NCBI GenBank assembly: GCA_001655205.1
Contig: LPNZ01005253.1
Location: 1 to 38,462 of the forward strand
From: Lenisia limosa
Lineage: Eukaryota; Protista; Breviatea
Reading direction: 5' to 3'
DNA length: 38,462 nt
This document shows positions 1 through 15,000 of this stretch, piece by piece. The notes under the pieces are model-generated. The model was not told where the DNA came from and did not search any database. It saw only the letters and a program-made list of their open reading frames with translations. Each line of letters opens with the position of its first letter. Positions within the stretch are counted from its first letter, which is position 1. The translations under genes and the position numbers were made by a program.

Positions 1-60
1 TGGGGGTAAGACAACACTTAACTTAAAGGTATTCTTAAAGAGACTGTGTGGACAGGGACT

Positions 61-3000
61 TTACTTAGCAAGTGCACACCACACACTATGTTCATATATT
101 GAAAATGGATTACAGTGATCAGATACACTGTTTCGGTCACATTCACCCTTTATATGTAATGTTTCTTCTCCGAGCTTACGCAACGAGTGAGTCGGCAATG
201 AGCGAAAAGACGTGGGATGCATTGGCAAAGGATGAGGGGGTCTAAGGGGTAAACATTTTCCTGTCTTGGTTGAAGAAAGAGAAAGAAAAGAACTACACAA
301 CAAGTGGTCTGAATTCATAATAGAAGCCATTCTCAATAATCAGTTTATAAGTAAAAACAAATATCACAGGTAGAGCTTGAGAGCAAACTTGAAGTGGGAT
401 GTTGAGGGTTTTGAAGGCGGGTGTGTTCATCATTGATGAAAGGTTCTCCATGTAGAGGGCCTGGACGTGATTAGATGCTCGAAAGGTGGGTGGATGAGGT
501 GATGTGGTATGAGGAGACGATAGTATAATCTGCTACTAATAATGGTAATACAAATAAATAACAACAATTTCGGATTTTTGAGAACAAATGAAGCCCTTGA
601 CTGATGAGCGATATGGAAGAACAAAGGAGTTATATATCGATATATCTTCATGGCTTCTCAACGGTCCGAAAAAGATCAGTAAAATATCGATATTTATCGA
701 GGATTTGTCGAGATATTTAGTCTTTTTTGGGACCATTCGGAAGATGCAGCTTGAAGCCCACTCAATCCAGTAACATAAAGAAAGCCCACCATGTTACGCT
801 CAAGGACGTTTTCCTTCGTTAGTAGTGCCTCCAATTTGGAGTCGTGTGCATCCTGCTGCCCCTTAAGAAGGGCCTGCCAGGACGCCAACTTCGACTCCGT
901 ATCCTAAAGGGGTTAACATGAGGCAGGTAGAGCCAATATAGAGGATATTCTTTGCTTAGAAGAAGGCAGGTTTTCATGAATGTATTAGGACTTCACTTCA
1001 GTTCCAAAAGCTGGACTATATGATTGAATATCACTTTGTTGCGACTCCACCAAGCATTTCATCTTATGATGATTGCCACCATAACATCGTAGAGGTTGCT
1101 CGAAATGGAGGACTACGATTGGCACAGATAATATCTTCGTTTGGAAGATATTTAATATGATTTTGAAACTGAAGCGCAGTCCTCAAAATAAGAAAAAAAG
1201 AGTGGTATCATTCTCTTGCATGAAACATGCATGAAACAGGAGTTGAATCAATAGATATCATATATAATTCGATACAATTTAGATAAATAGGTGATGAGGC
1301 TCCAGAATTCTTGAAAGACATACGCAATATAATGTGTCAACCTCACAAACCAGGAGTTCAGATCCCTTAGAATCGGCAGAGGACTCCCTCTTCTCAATCT
1401 CAGCCGCCCGCTCATCTAGGGCCTTTCTCTGACCGTCCACTTCTGCAAGCGACAGTGTCACTACTTCCGTTTTGTCGTTCAGTTCGAATTGCAACCTGGA
1501 TGGGTGAATATCACTTGGTGATTTTCATATTTAAACAGCGATTGCCATTTATATGATTACCTCCAAGATAGCCAATAGAAGTACAAGACACTTACAAGTT
1601 AGTTCATCATCCATGTACCCTCTCCCCCCTCTGTTCGCTCACAAATTGAGTTCGTCTTCTTTACGATCGAGGCGTTCCGAGCGTTCAACAGCCTCCTTAG
1701 TCAGCTCCTCAATCTGGGTCCTCGTGGCTTCGAGAAGACTAGTGGCGTCTTGGCTTGCACGTGTCTTGAGCTCGTCGGCTTCGGCCTGAGCCTGCTCTTG
1801 CAACTCAACAGCCTGTGTGGACGCTTCCGTCAGACGACGGGCGACTAGTTCGTCTGGGGATAGTGAGAATCGTGTACAGAGAGCATCTGTGCAACACAAA
1901 TCAATAAGTTGCAATAAATCTCGAGAAAAAAGGCTTTTTTAACCATGTCCCCCCCCCCCCCNNNNNNNNNNNNNNNNNNNNNNNNNNNNNNNNNNNNNNN
2001 NNNNNNNNNNNNNNNNNNNNNNNNNNNNNNNNNNNNNNNNNNNNCGCAACGCCAAAATTGCGTCGTTGGTCCAGTTCTCGGCGTCACGGATGACAGACAC
2101 GGATGAGTCACGTGACTCGTTGACTATGGCCCGGGCGTCATGGGCCATTTTAGCCGCCTCATCGAGGGCAATGCGGAGGCGGGCGTGGAGGGACGCAGCG
2201 GACCTAACGATGGTCAAAAGTCGGAGAAATGGGGGATTCTACTCTGAGGGAGTTGGGTGTATATAAACATTAATGGTGCTTTTCAATGAGAGCAGTGATT
2301 GCAGTGATTGCATAATTTTGTTTTCCAATGCATAAAACACTTGCATAACAGGTATGAATTTGTATACAGTCAAGAATACTACAGAATAATTCTTCCACCT
2401 CCATCCCACTTTTTGGCAATCTCAACCTCATTAGCCTGGCGGGCAGCATCCTGCTCTCTCTTCTGCAGAGCCTGGGGATGTCATCTTTATTGGTACAAGT
2501 ACCTGGGTTTTATGGAATGTGTTGAAAAAAATATTGGGCTGAGGTATATTGTTCAGTTTTCGAAGGTGCTATTTATTTTTTATAGTTATCAAGGTGTATA
2601 TAACAGTAAACCGGACCAACCTGCCGTGTTGCTTCTGCCTCAGACTCCCGAGCCTCCAGTTCAACTGCTCGATTCTAAAGAGTGGGCAGAATGGTTGAAC
2701 ACATTATAGTCGATTTTTTCACTCAATACCCCCCTCACGCGTGCGGCCTCAGTGTCGATCTCAAGCTGCGAAATGCGCCAACTCACGTCCTCACTAAATG
2801 GTCAGTGAATTATGTACGGTTTTTCGGGAAGAAAACCTGGGTTTTGCTTTAAGAATATGGATCGGACATGAAAGCCATTTCATTTCACAACCTGCATCAC
2901 CAGCCTACAATTCACCATGGACGCGGTTTTGGTCTCTTTGGAGCCTTGTTTCGAAATCACCAAGTTCTTCATTCCTTTTCGTCAACTCACGTTCCTTCTG

Positions 3001-6000
3001 CACAACTGCAGAGGGGATGTTAAACATAGAAGAAGAAAAAAGCTTATTTACCCCATAGTCATGGTTCTTCCACCCGTCCACTACCCCCCACTATCTTGGT
3101 TCCAGCTATCAATTCTCTGCGATAGCGCAGTCTCCTCCTCTTGAAGGGCCTGGGTCCTTGCCGTGTTCTGCGGGGTCAACANNNNNNNNNNNNNNNNNNN
3201 NNNNNNNNNNNNNNNNNNNNNNNNNNNNNNNNNNNNNNNNACTTCCGTTCGAAAAAAGGAATCATATTTTTAATTCTCTCTACAGTCCAAAGGGAATGCC
3301 TAGTCCCCTCGCCATACCGCCTGAGCGTCTTCCTCCACTTGTGCTTCGCGTTGCCTCGCTCTGGCCTCGCGGCTTTGAAGTTGCTGTGTCTGCCGTACCA
3401 GTAGAGCTTCAGTCTATGATGGAGTTATGAGAGAGTAAGAGTGTAAATATGAGATTGTAACGATTTAATAGAAATTCTTGGGGAATACGCGAGCAACCAA
3501 TGTTTGAGTTGAAAGCAGGAAGAAATATATTGAGGAAAATGCAAAGAGTATGTTAAATAATCAAAGGAAGAAAAAGTGGATCATATCAAATGAAAAAAAA
3601 GTAGGACTTACAGCAAAATAGAGTAACTATTGACGCACGTACCTTCGCAATCTCGGCCAGTTTCGCCCTCGCCTCAGCACCCAAGGTGTTGGCTGCTGCT
3701 GACGATGTCCGAAGTGCGTCTTCTCGGGCCAGTAACCGGAGGTTGTTGTCGTTCATTGCAGCCTGAGGAGAGAATTAATCTCTGGAAGTGAAACCAAACG
3801 GGCTTGGACTAGCTACAGAGAAATGGATTTATCACAAGCAAAAAGTGGCAAAGTTGAAATGGACCGACTGAAGCGGCCGATCAGATTTGGGATTCTTGCT
3901 GAAAAGCAACAAAGAAGAACAAGAAGAAGATGTTGCAAGTGAATGGGGTAATAAACGAACCTCTCTATCCGAAAGGTCAGCCTCCATTTGTCGGAATTGC
4001 TCCTGTAGAGATTCAAGTTCAGCCTTGTCGGCATCGCACCGTTTCATTTCACTGGAAAGTGCTTCGGACCGTTCATCTGAATCGTAAGGACTCTCCAAAA
4101 TAGATAGTAAGACTACACTTAAGCTATCATATGATAAATGAATGAATCGTTAAGTATATTCATTATAATCTGCATGAAATATGACACGATCTGAAGCGTA
4201 TAATACCCAATACAGGACACACCCATTTTATCATCATATCGCGTTTGCCTGTTGGATGAGATGAAGCAGCATAGTGTGTCCAGTTACTCACCAAGGTCTT
4301 TCTCGAGTTCTTTAATATGGCTGGCTCTTTCTTCCAGGTCCCTTTTCAATGTTACAAGCGCCTCGCTCTACAAAGGGTGAAAGGAGGCTTCATCTTAAAT
4401 ATGTGTTTGAGCACTTTGGAAGCTACTACTATCTGTCACGTATTTGATAACTCGAATCATAATATATGTATCTTCATAGTCTCAGCCAAGCCAAATCCAG
4501 CCCACTTCCATTTTGACTCTGTGGGCAGTTTCATCAGAAGAAGCGATCTTTTGGTCCAGAACCTTTTCTCGAACTTCAAGGTCCAAAGATCTGGGTAGGT
4601 AAGAAACTTCAAGGTCCAAAGATCTGGGTAGGTAAGAGGGTGAGCTGAAACCGAAATCATACGTATATATGAGAAAAACACATGCTATGTCTTCATAGAA
4701 CGGGTCATAGAGGTAACACGCTCTCGGTATTTTGAAACACTAGTTAGTTATTTATTGCACACTTTACTTTGACCTGTAGCCGTCATACTAACCTTTTGTC
4801 ATGCGCTTCTCTCTCTTCAGTGATTTGACTCATTAAAGCCTCCAACTCAAGAGCCGCGCTATCAGTTTTCAGAGAAAGGCTGGTCAAAAGGCCGTTCTTG
4901 GCCTCTATTGACGCCACCAACGCGGACTAAAAGGTCAGCATCCATCCATGTTAACTGGAAATGAGAAAAGGCAGGTACTATGCATCATTGTTATCACACA
5001 GAGCTCAATTATTAAGGAGGTTCTCAACCACAACGTTAGCCTTGGGTATTCGAAAAAAATTTCTAAACTATTTGAAAAAAGTCATATTTTTCACAGTATC
5101 TTGGTCTATTTTATTTGCGCAGTTTGTGTTTGGGATCTAATTACTTCAAACATGTACTTGATCTGAAAATTGATTTCGTCCTAACCCACCAATTGACTTG
5201 CTCTTTCATCCAGTTCTTGAGATGACACCTTTTCCAGTTCAATGATTCCAGATTCCTTCTGTGCTAACATGTCTTCGCGAATTGTCACCTGAGAGGTAAG
5301 AAATGGATAAAACTAATAATGCTGATGTTATCTGCTCACCTTTTCCTCTCTCTCCAATAGCGAGTTGAGGGTCATTTCAGCCTTTGCTGCTAATACACTG
5401 GTTTCAGATGCGCGCGATTCTAGGGACAGNNNNNNNNNNNNNNNNNNNNNNNNNNNNNNNNNNNNNNNNNNNNNNNNNNNNNNNNNNNNNNNNNNNNNNN
5501 NNNNNNNNNNNNNNNNATTTCAGTTGGATTTACTCCAAACCCAGGACTAACCCGATTCTTTTGCGAGTTGTAAGGCCTTCGATTCGGCTTCAGCAATTGT
5601 CTACAATGTCAGATTGGGGATTGGATAATTACAAAGGGAAGGCTATCAAAGGGATGCAGATCACAGAACTGCAAGGTTCACTGTGAGAAACAATCAAAAA
5701 GAAAATTTGAAGTCAAATTCCATGAGACACCCAAAAAAAAGGGGCTTGCGAACCATTCTTTTTCAAACATTACAAAGAATTAAAGTATCAAAGATCCAAA
5801 AGTGGTTAAAATGTGGAAAGACGAATACCTCGATACATACAAGAGAAATGGAGCAAATTAGGCCTACGACATGGTACCAACCTTTTCGATTCTCTTATTG
5901 GCTTCATGCAACCGTCGTGCCTCTTCTTCCTTGAGAGAGGCCCTCATCACGGTCATTTCGGCTGAAAACTCGGCTCGCTGCTGTTCATACTAGACTGGTC

Positions 6001-9000
6001 AGAGACTCTGATTTCGGCCTTCGAAGGTAAGTAAAATTCAAGAAATTTATCCCCAGGATGTGATTTCAGTCACTGGGCTTAATTCACCCAATATGACGGA
6101 TACCCAATAGCATGAGCCGCCGCATACCAGCGCTAGTGTCTCATTGGCCTTGGCAAGAGCCCTCTCCGTTGCCTCCCTGCTAATCTTTAGGTCACGTGAC
6201 CGTTTGTCAAGGTCTGTTGCTTGGTTCTTGAGTTCGGTCTCTCGGCGGTTCAGTTCGGTGGACAGTTCCGACAAGTCATTCTTGCGTGACTGCAGCTCAG
6301 CGGATTGTTCCGTCAATCTGGCTTCCGACTAAAATGGTAGATGTGTTCATTTGAATTCATATTTGTACACTATCCGAGCATTATTCAACATTAAACTAAC
6401 CATTTTCTGATCATGATTTGATCTCTCAAGGCTGTCAGCACGATTTTCGTTTTCTTTCAGCTGTGCATCCACCCGAGCCTGGAGTATGGGGTGAGAAAGA
6501 ACAAAGCGGATGATAGAAATGCTGCATTAAATTGTTAATATCTAAACTACATTATTACCTGTAAATCTGCGAGTTTTGTCATTGCATCAGACACCTCATG
6601 CTCTCGTCTATTCAGCTCGAACTCGCGACTTGACAACGCAGCCTGAGTGTAAACAGAGTTTTGCTGTATACCCAATAGCTCAGAAGCAGAGAGAAGGTTG
6701 TGCAAGACATGCTTTAGCAGCGTCTTTTCCGGACCGAAGTGAATAAGTGAAAAAACCATGGCGTTAGCGGCATACCTCAGCTTGACGGTTCTTTGCCTCG
6801 AGATCCAATACCTCTTGTTGCAATGTCTGAAGAGTAAAAAAAAAAAAAAAAATCTTCAAGTCTAGGTAGAACAACTCNNNNNNNNNNNNNNNNNNNNNNN
6901 NNNNNNNNNNNNNNNNNNNNNNNNNNNNNNNNNNNNNNNNNNNNNNNNNNNNNNNNNNNNNNNNNNNNNNNNNNNNNNNNNNNNNNNNNNNNNNNNNNNN
7001 NNNNNNNNNNNNNNNTCTACCTCATTTTGCCGTTCGCCAGATCGTAAAGATCGCTCACGATTGTCCATCTAAGCAGATCAGAGCTTGCAATGATAAAAAA
7101 GTTCAAAAGTGAATCTGTAAGACGAGGGGCTTTTGATTGGAAATGGGGATATAATAATGAAAAAGCAAGAGGCAGGCGTACCATAGCTGTCATGGAGGCA
7201 CACTCGGAGAGCCTCTTCTCAACTTCTCGCAGCTGCTCAGACAATTCCTCTCTTTCAGCAACTAAACCTGGAAGATCAGATCAGAGGGAGGTATGTCAGA
7301 AAATATAATAATAACATCAAGATTATTGGAAATAGTTTTTTTATCCCATTTGTATACTTGTTCTGATAGACAATCAAATCATTCTAACTCATCAAACTCG
7401 GTTCACGTTTGAAAGGGATCAGCTTACTTGACTTATCGGCATCGATCATTCGTTCTCTGCTCTCAAGCCCCGCCTTGAGGTCCGTCAGAGAATCTTGCAA
7501 CTCGTGGAGCGCCTATTTGTGTGAGACATCATAATTGAATCAAAAGGCTCTTTTGTAATTGCGCATACTATTAAGATGGACAAAAACTAAGTAGAGATTT
7601 TTCATATTCACCAACTTTAAGAGTATGAAAAATTGATAACTTATGACACACTGGTTGTGATCACATATTTCAGAGGCTTTCCGATCCACCAACATTGACC
7701 TCCTTGTTCAGAGCTTCGCGGTCATTTTGCATGGTATCGGTCCATTCCGACTTCCGACAGTTCAGTTCTCTTTCAAAGTCATCCAGTTCTTTCTGTCGCA
7801 GCTGATGCTCAGAACTATGCTGGTCTGTTTCGCGTTTCAATGCATCATACGCAAGACGTTGTTCCTCAGCAAAGGTGGTTTCGAACTTAGCTCGTTCCTA
7901 TTCGGTGAGAGGTTCAATGGTATGAAATCAATCAGAAATGAACTGAACTCCAATTTGCCTGCCCCCGAAGTAACAAAGCTGATCTCTAACGCTGCCACCC
8001 CTCCCCAACATTTTCAAGGTCAAGTCGAAGTTGTCTCTTTTGTTCTGCTGCGTCCTTAGCAAAATTCGCAAAACGCAATTCAAGCTCCTGACTGGAACTC
8101 TCCAAACGAGCACGGTCGGACTGGAGGGCCTCTTCTCGGGCCTCTATCCGAGCCTGACGCGTCGGCAGTTCCGACTCCGCTTCCGCTAGCTGATTTCGTC
8201 GGCTTTCAAGTTCGGCAGCTGAAGAGTTAAACTGTAACACTGATATACAGGATTATAAATAAACTGTTATACTATACGGAAAATACATTGGTTGCTGTAC
8301 ATATTTTACAAGGCTTAAGACCACGACCAACCTTTACGCTCGAGCTCCGTCCTTTCCAATTGAAGGGTCTTTTTGTTGTTCTCAATTTCTTGGCTAAGCG
8401 GGTCAGGTTTAAGAAGGCTGAAGTTTTGATACTTTGCAAGAAAAGCAGCAAGCTCCTTTCTGTTTTAGAGTTTACATGATAAGAAGAAAAAGAAGAGCCC
8501 GAAAAAATGAGGAATAGGACACCCACATGTTCAGGACCTCAAGTCCGCGGTATTTGGTTTCCAGCTGATCTGCTTCCTCATCAAGGCGCTGGCGCTCAGT
8601 GCGAAGTAATTCCTGTGCCGATTTGAGGGCAAGCTGTTCCTTGATGAGTTCGTTCTAAGCGGTGAGACGCTGTGTTTCCAATTTTGAAAACGTGAAGCGA
8701 TTCAGTTAACACTCAGAAGAGAAGTTCAAGGCCGACACTGATACTTTGAAAATTGATCATGAAAAAACCATCTTTACCTGCTGTGCATTTAAGCTGTTTT
8801 CGCGATCCAATAAGTCTGTCTGTTTGCCTTGAAGGGCGAACACCTCATCATTGAACAAGGCCTGCTGCGCCTCCAGCTCCTCCTGCTTGGCCTTGAGCTC
8901 GGCATTGTCTTCGTCCAACTCGGCTCGGGTCTCGGCGAATGATTTCCTGGGGGGGGGGGATGCAGTATTAAGGTACAAAATTAGGGATACTATAGCGGAC

Positions 9001-12000
9001 GAACAAACCGATGGAGTATTCCACTAAATTAGACATATCATACCATGTCATGCACTCCAATTAGTGACAGTATTACGATATGTAAGTTGCCCGTTCGGTT
9101 TCAGCCTACTGTTGTTCTTGAAGGTCGAACACTGCCTCTGCAAGGGCGTTTTGCTGCTGGCTCAAGCTGTGGACGTACATTAAACAAAATTAGGTGAATT
9201 ATTCATAAATCTCTGTCATATATCGTTTAAAACTTGATATACAAAAGGTATTTGCGGTTATGTTTCGCGATATACCAAAGGGATTTGAATGCGCAGAAAA
9301 GAGACAATATGAAACCCACATTTCAAATTGATCTGCCACCAGGGATTCATTTTCCTGAGATGTAAGTGTTTCGGCAATAAGATAGAATTGGGAAAAGTGA
9401 ATTATATTGACATATATTTCAGAGATCTCATTAAACCAAATAAATTGGAAGATATCATACTGTAATATGTAATTTTTAACAATATACTATCCTCCCATCA
9501 TACTGATTCGTTATTGAGTTTTTCGTGTGTCTCACTCAACTCAGCCTTCAGCTCTTCTACTTCTACTGTTTTGGCCTGGCCTGCCTCAACCGCTTCATCC
9601 AATTGTTCCTGGAGTGTTGATGATGGGTCATACGCACTGCACTAAGAATACTCTTCGATCGATATTTTTTGGGAAAATGTTAACTTGTAATATATAACTA
9701 ATTCACATTGTCTGAACAAGAGATAAGCAGTTTTCACTGATAGCATTCCGCATATCTTTACCCACCTCAAGAGACGTGATAGTATCCCAAGCCTCCTCCA
9801 TTCGGTCAACAAGGTTGTTGTAGGCCTTTGCCGTGGGTATCAGCCCATTGAGGTCACTAAATCGTCAGTATCATTATCGGCAATTTGGTTATCAAATCAT
9901 TCTACTCTAGGTCGTAGTTTCATTCAAAAGCGCAGCGGTTATTTTATGGCAAGCAACGTTTTATCTTTCAGAGAAATTGAGAAGCCATAATGGTGAGAAG
10001 CCTACGCTGGAGAGGGGTTAATGAACTCCTCCTTGAAGTTAAAGGCCGTCAGCACCACTGTGGCCACTCGAGTCCACTCGGCAGTGAGTGATTCTGGGGT
10101 GGGGGGGAACAGAGTAAAAAAACAAAACAAAATATTTCATTTTCGTTAAAAAACTCTGAAAAAACCACAACAAGTGAGGACCAGCAGCAACACCTCCCTT
10201 AAGTGCGCAATACAGTTGAGTGAGTCTATGTCATCAAGTGCCATTCCACCAACCGTATTCAGTGTTGGTGTCTCGTAACGCTGAGAGCTTTTCTTCAGAG
10301 GCTTCCAGCTTGATGGCGAGCTCCTTGTTTGACACGGTCAATTCATTTTCCTGAACAATAAACAGGATGGGCATCCCATTTGAGGAAGCATTTTGATTCC
10401 CCAAATTTGGCACACTAATGTGTTTTTTTTTAAAAAAAAAAAGAAGCCATACTCTCTAGATCTCTGGAAAACTGAGGCTAAAAGACAGGATATTAGCAGC
10501 GGCAATACGGTGACAACCCTTGTTAGAGAATGCTCTATTTAAATACCGGCATTACCCCCTCTCCCTCCTCACTGCATCAGAAGATGGCAGTTCATTGAGC
10601 TGCGTTTTCAGCCCCACGATCTCGTCATTTGCCATTTGGTGGGCGGTCTTCAGGCTTTCATGCTCCTCCCGCATCTTTTCCATTTCAGCTGAATGCCTGT
10701 CCTGGACCTCCGTTAGGTTTCGCTTCTCCTCATTAGCCAGCTCGGTTCTGAGGCCGTCAACGAGGTCACGTGCGGACTGCTTTTCATCCAAAGTGGCCGC
10801 CTTCTCAAGGTCCAGACGCTCCCTTTCCTCGTCAAGCTGCTGGGCAACCTGAAATGATTACAGAAGGTGATAAATAAAATGTGGAGACAGGTGATAGAAA
10901 TATTAATAACCACAGTATCAACCCACACAAGTACCTGAAACAGAGCTTGTTTATCGGCCATATACTGAGCTTCAGTCTTCTTCAATGCTTCCTCCGTCCG
11001 TGCCTCGGCAGCACTAACGGCAATAACCCGTTGCTCAAGGCCCTTCGCTTCCGTCTGTAATCTGTCCTGGGCCTCCTTAATAGCACGAACAACTCCTTGC
11101 ATTGTGTCCTGGTCACGTGACAACGTTTCAGACCGCACTGCAAAGTCAGCTTCCTTCTCCTGCAGTTCGTGCTCCTTCTTCTCCAGGTCAGCCACTCGGT
11201 CATTTGACAACGCCAATGCTTCGAGGTCTGAAAGTTTAGCCTGAAGGGCACTTTCCCTCTCCATCAAGGACGTTTTATCATTCTCCAGTTCCTTCTTTTC
11301 AGCCTCAAGCTCCTCAGCCAAGCGCTCGAGCTCGGCATTCCGTGCTACCTGCTCTTTTTGGGATTGTTCTTGAACAGCAGTGCCTTCGGTTTGTTTTGTC
11401 ATCTCCTGTTGAAGATCATTCAACCTTGTCTCAAGCTGCTGAATCTGAGCTTCAGCGCGTGCAACAACCTGGTCACGTGACTCTTCCGCTTGCTTCCGAC
11501 GCTTCACTTCTGACTCCTTTTCATCCGACAGGACAAGGTTCTTGTCGTCAACTTCACGAACAACCTTATCAAGTTCCTTTTGTCGGTCCAAGGCCCCCTG
11601 GAGGGTCTGGGCTAAGGAGCTGCACTTCTTGGAAAGGCCGTCGTTGGTTTCGGATAGCGCGCTGTTGGTCCGTTCCGATGCCAAAAGCTGATTGACAAGA
11701 TCTTGGATCGTCTGATCAGACGATGACGTGGATCTCTTCAGGCGGGCGTGTTCACTGTCCGGTCCGGTAAGTTCCGATATCCGACCGCGGGCCTCTGCAA
11801 GTTCCGATTCAAGTACCTCGATTGAACTAGTGTAACGGCTAACCATATTCTCGATTTCCTTGACGTAAAGAGTACATTGGTTCTCAGATCGCGCGAGAGA
11901 GTCAGATATAGATGCAGTTTCACTTTCCTTATTAAGAAGGGAGGCCTCGAAATCTGCTCGCTCCCGAAGAGCACGTGCTAGATTTTCGGCCATTTTGACG

Positions 12001-15000
12001 TTATCGGAAGTTAGATCAGAGATCTGAGCGAGAAGCGAGTCTTTGGTCATTTGAAGAGGCTTCATCTCGGCGTGTGCCACAGCCACGTCTTTCTTCAGAC
12101 TTTCAAGCTGGGAATTGTCCGGCCGCGAGTTGAGCTCCCTTTCCAGACGCTTCACCTGGGGGGAGGAAATAAAGTAGGGATTTTTTTGAACCAAAAACAA
12201 NNNNNNNNNNNNNNNNNNNNNNNNNNNNNNNNNNNNNNNNNNNNNNNNNNNNNNNNNNNNNNNNNNNNNNNNNNNNNNNNNNNNNNNNTCTCCATTGCTC
12301 TCTGCATCCGGTAGAGGTGCTACCCCACATTCTAGTTACGCCCATGAATAATCTCCCATCATACCTCGGAGAGAGCCTGTAGCCTGCCATCTTCAGACTG
12401 TTCCAGGTCAGCACTGTAAACCTCCACTCTGTTGAGGGCGTCTTGAGAGGCGATTTTCATGGTTTGGACGGCCTGGGCCAGGCGCTGGGCCTCCTCATTG
12501 TGCTCCGTCTGAAGGGTTAGTTGTGACCAAGTCGAGTTGTACTTCAATTCATTTCTAGAAAATTCGTGGGAAACATTGGTAGTTTTGCAGTCTTATTACA
12601 GTATCATATATTATTTACTACAAAGCAACAACCCAGAAAAAACCCAGTGGAAACTCTCTTCACTCACTTTGATTTGTTCTATTTGCTTTGAAAGGAATTC
12701 CGCTTCTTCGGCAGATTTGGCACCTACAGGATCAGAATTCTGAAGGGCGCTAGGAACGAAAGCTCCCTATTAAAAGTAGGATCAAGATAAAAGTGACTTG
12801 AAAAATAGAACAAAATGCAGTTGATGATGTATTGGGAGTAAATGAGAGAACTTTTCAAAGAAAGCTTTCGTGGCTTTGCACTCCTTCCACTCCCCACCAT
12901 CCTGCACGACAAAGTCAATTTCGTCCCTCAACAACTCGAGATCCTTGAGAATGTTGCGTGCCCATCCAAAGCCTACAACGTTATGCTTGGAGGCTGGAAA
13001 TACGATAAATATTAAAATTTTACACAAATCCGGTCCGATTTGAGTGAAAGGAGGAGGTAATGACGACAACATAATTGGACAACCGTCCAAATCGGCGACA
13101 AATAATAACACCAACCTTTATCGCGAGAGTCCACGCCAAGAGTCTGGGTTCATTAGAATATAAAAGCAGGATAATTCACAAAATACTTATTTACAAACAC
13201 ATTGGATCTTATAGGATATGTAAACAAACTGTTTTCTGAACACACCATCTCTCACCCCCTACAGATTGCCTCAACACAGAGGCGTCCATTCGCCCTGGTC
13301 GATTTACGGACATGAAGAGCTGAGGGATCAGTGTGAATAATAACCACGTGACAAAAGCCGAAAACTTTTTCAATTTATCTCTCACCAACCAAAACATTAT
13401 AAGAAAAATAACATCCATATGCACACCCCTCCCCCCCGGACTTGGTCAAGAACATCGTTCCCGTCAGCCTCCAACTGGCGACCATCTTGCTTCAGATTCT
13501 CGTACTCATTCTCAAGATCAAGAAGATCGTTCCGCCTCTGTCGTATTTCATACTCCAACTCCTCAACCTCGGTTTTAAGAGCATTTTGAACACTTTGGCT
13601 CTCACGTTCCTTGGCAACTATCCGCTTTTCCCTTTCAAGAATACCGTTCTCTCTTTGTGTAATTTGGTCCTGTTGATGTTCGATATCGGCTTCAGTGGAG
13701 AGGCAGGCCTTTTCTCGAGCCTCCAACCTGTTAAGTCAGATAACATGTTTCGTACAATAAAATTACGTTTTCCATCTAAGTTGAACGATGTTTATGTCAA
13801 GGCTCAGGTGAGATTGACACTATGCATTTTAGATAGACATGCCACAAAAGACGGCTGAAGAGAATACAACAAAAGCATCATAATTGAAAACCACACCCAC
13901 AAACAGTTTCACCTTCTGCTCGACCTGCTTCTGCAGCTCAATTGCCTGCGCCGCCGCCGTATCAGCATTCCGACGGATGTCATCGGCACGCGCTTCAGCA
14001 TCGGAAACAAGCCGATCTGCACGCTGTTCCGCTTCCGACAAGATATGATCTGTATTGGCTCTGAGCTGCTCCTCCGACCTTAAAATGGCTTCTTCCCTAT
14101 TTTCGAGCTTGGATGATCTTAAGATCAAAGACTGGTCAGTAGAGGCTACGCGGCGCGAGGCTTCCGCCACTGTTTTGGCCTCAGCCTCGATCTCGGAGGA
14201 GGCCTGTTGGGTCAGGGAAAATTGGAAAATTTATGAAACAAAAAAAAAGCCCAAAATCAACTCTGTTGGGTGACAACACAAAAGGGTTGATTACAACAAA
14301 ACAAACTGGGATAATTATGAAATAAAAGCTGACTGTTGCTGACTTAATATTAGTATAAATGATGGTGAATACATCCCTTCCAAATAAATTTGTGTCATCT
14401 TACAGTATAAATGTGGACCCCCAAAAAGTGAAAGAAGTAATTATCAGAATTACCAAAACCCTTAAAATGAACAAAGCCCCGCCAACGATATCCAGCTGTT
14501 TCTTTTTGAGCTCAATTTCGGCAAGCTCCTTGGAGCATTTGATTTTGGCTTTTTCCTTGGCCTCTTTGGCGTCAGCAAGTGTTTGCGCCACAGCCTTGCG
14601 CACTAACGCAATTTCCTTCCACGCGGCTGTAGTTCCTACAATCTCGCCTGCCTTGATCTGATATGTTATACAGATGTTGGAATAGTCAAACAATGTATAG
14701 AACAATAAATAATACGATGTTACCAAAAAAAAACCCCCAGGAGGTTCTAAGTCCGTTTTGTGAAATTAGCTGCCATACAATCCATCAAAAGCCCCACCAC
14801 CCACCTCAGATGCAATTGACGGGTTTTCTGGAGAGGCTTTTTCAAGAACCACATCTGGAATATAAGATAACGCCAATCTTCAGGTCGGCGAAAATAAGTC
14901 CAAAGTGGTTAGTCTATTAAGGGCTACTAAATAGGCGGTCTCCGCTCCAATCACATGAAAAGTAATAATGGGGATGCCAACATACTCGAAATGTTTTCCC

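Noticed and set aside
1553-14920. Numerous plus-strand ORFs across the coiled-coil gene, plus 28015-28567
   Set aside because: Antisense shadows of E/K/A-rich coding sequence (Ser/Leu/Phe-rich) with no independent splice structure.
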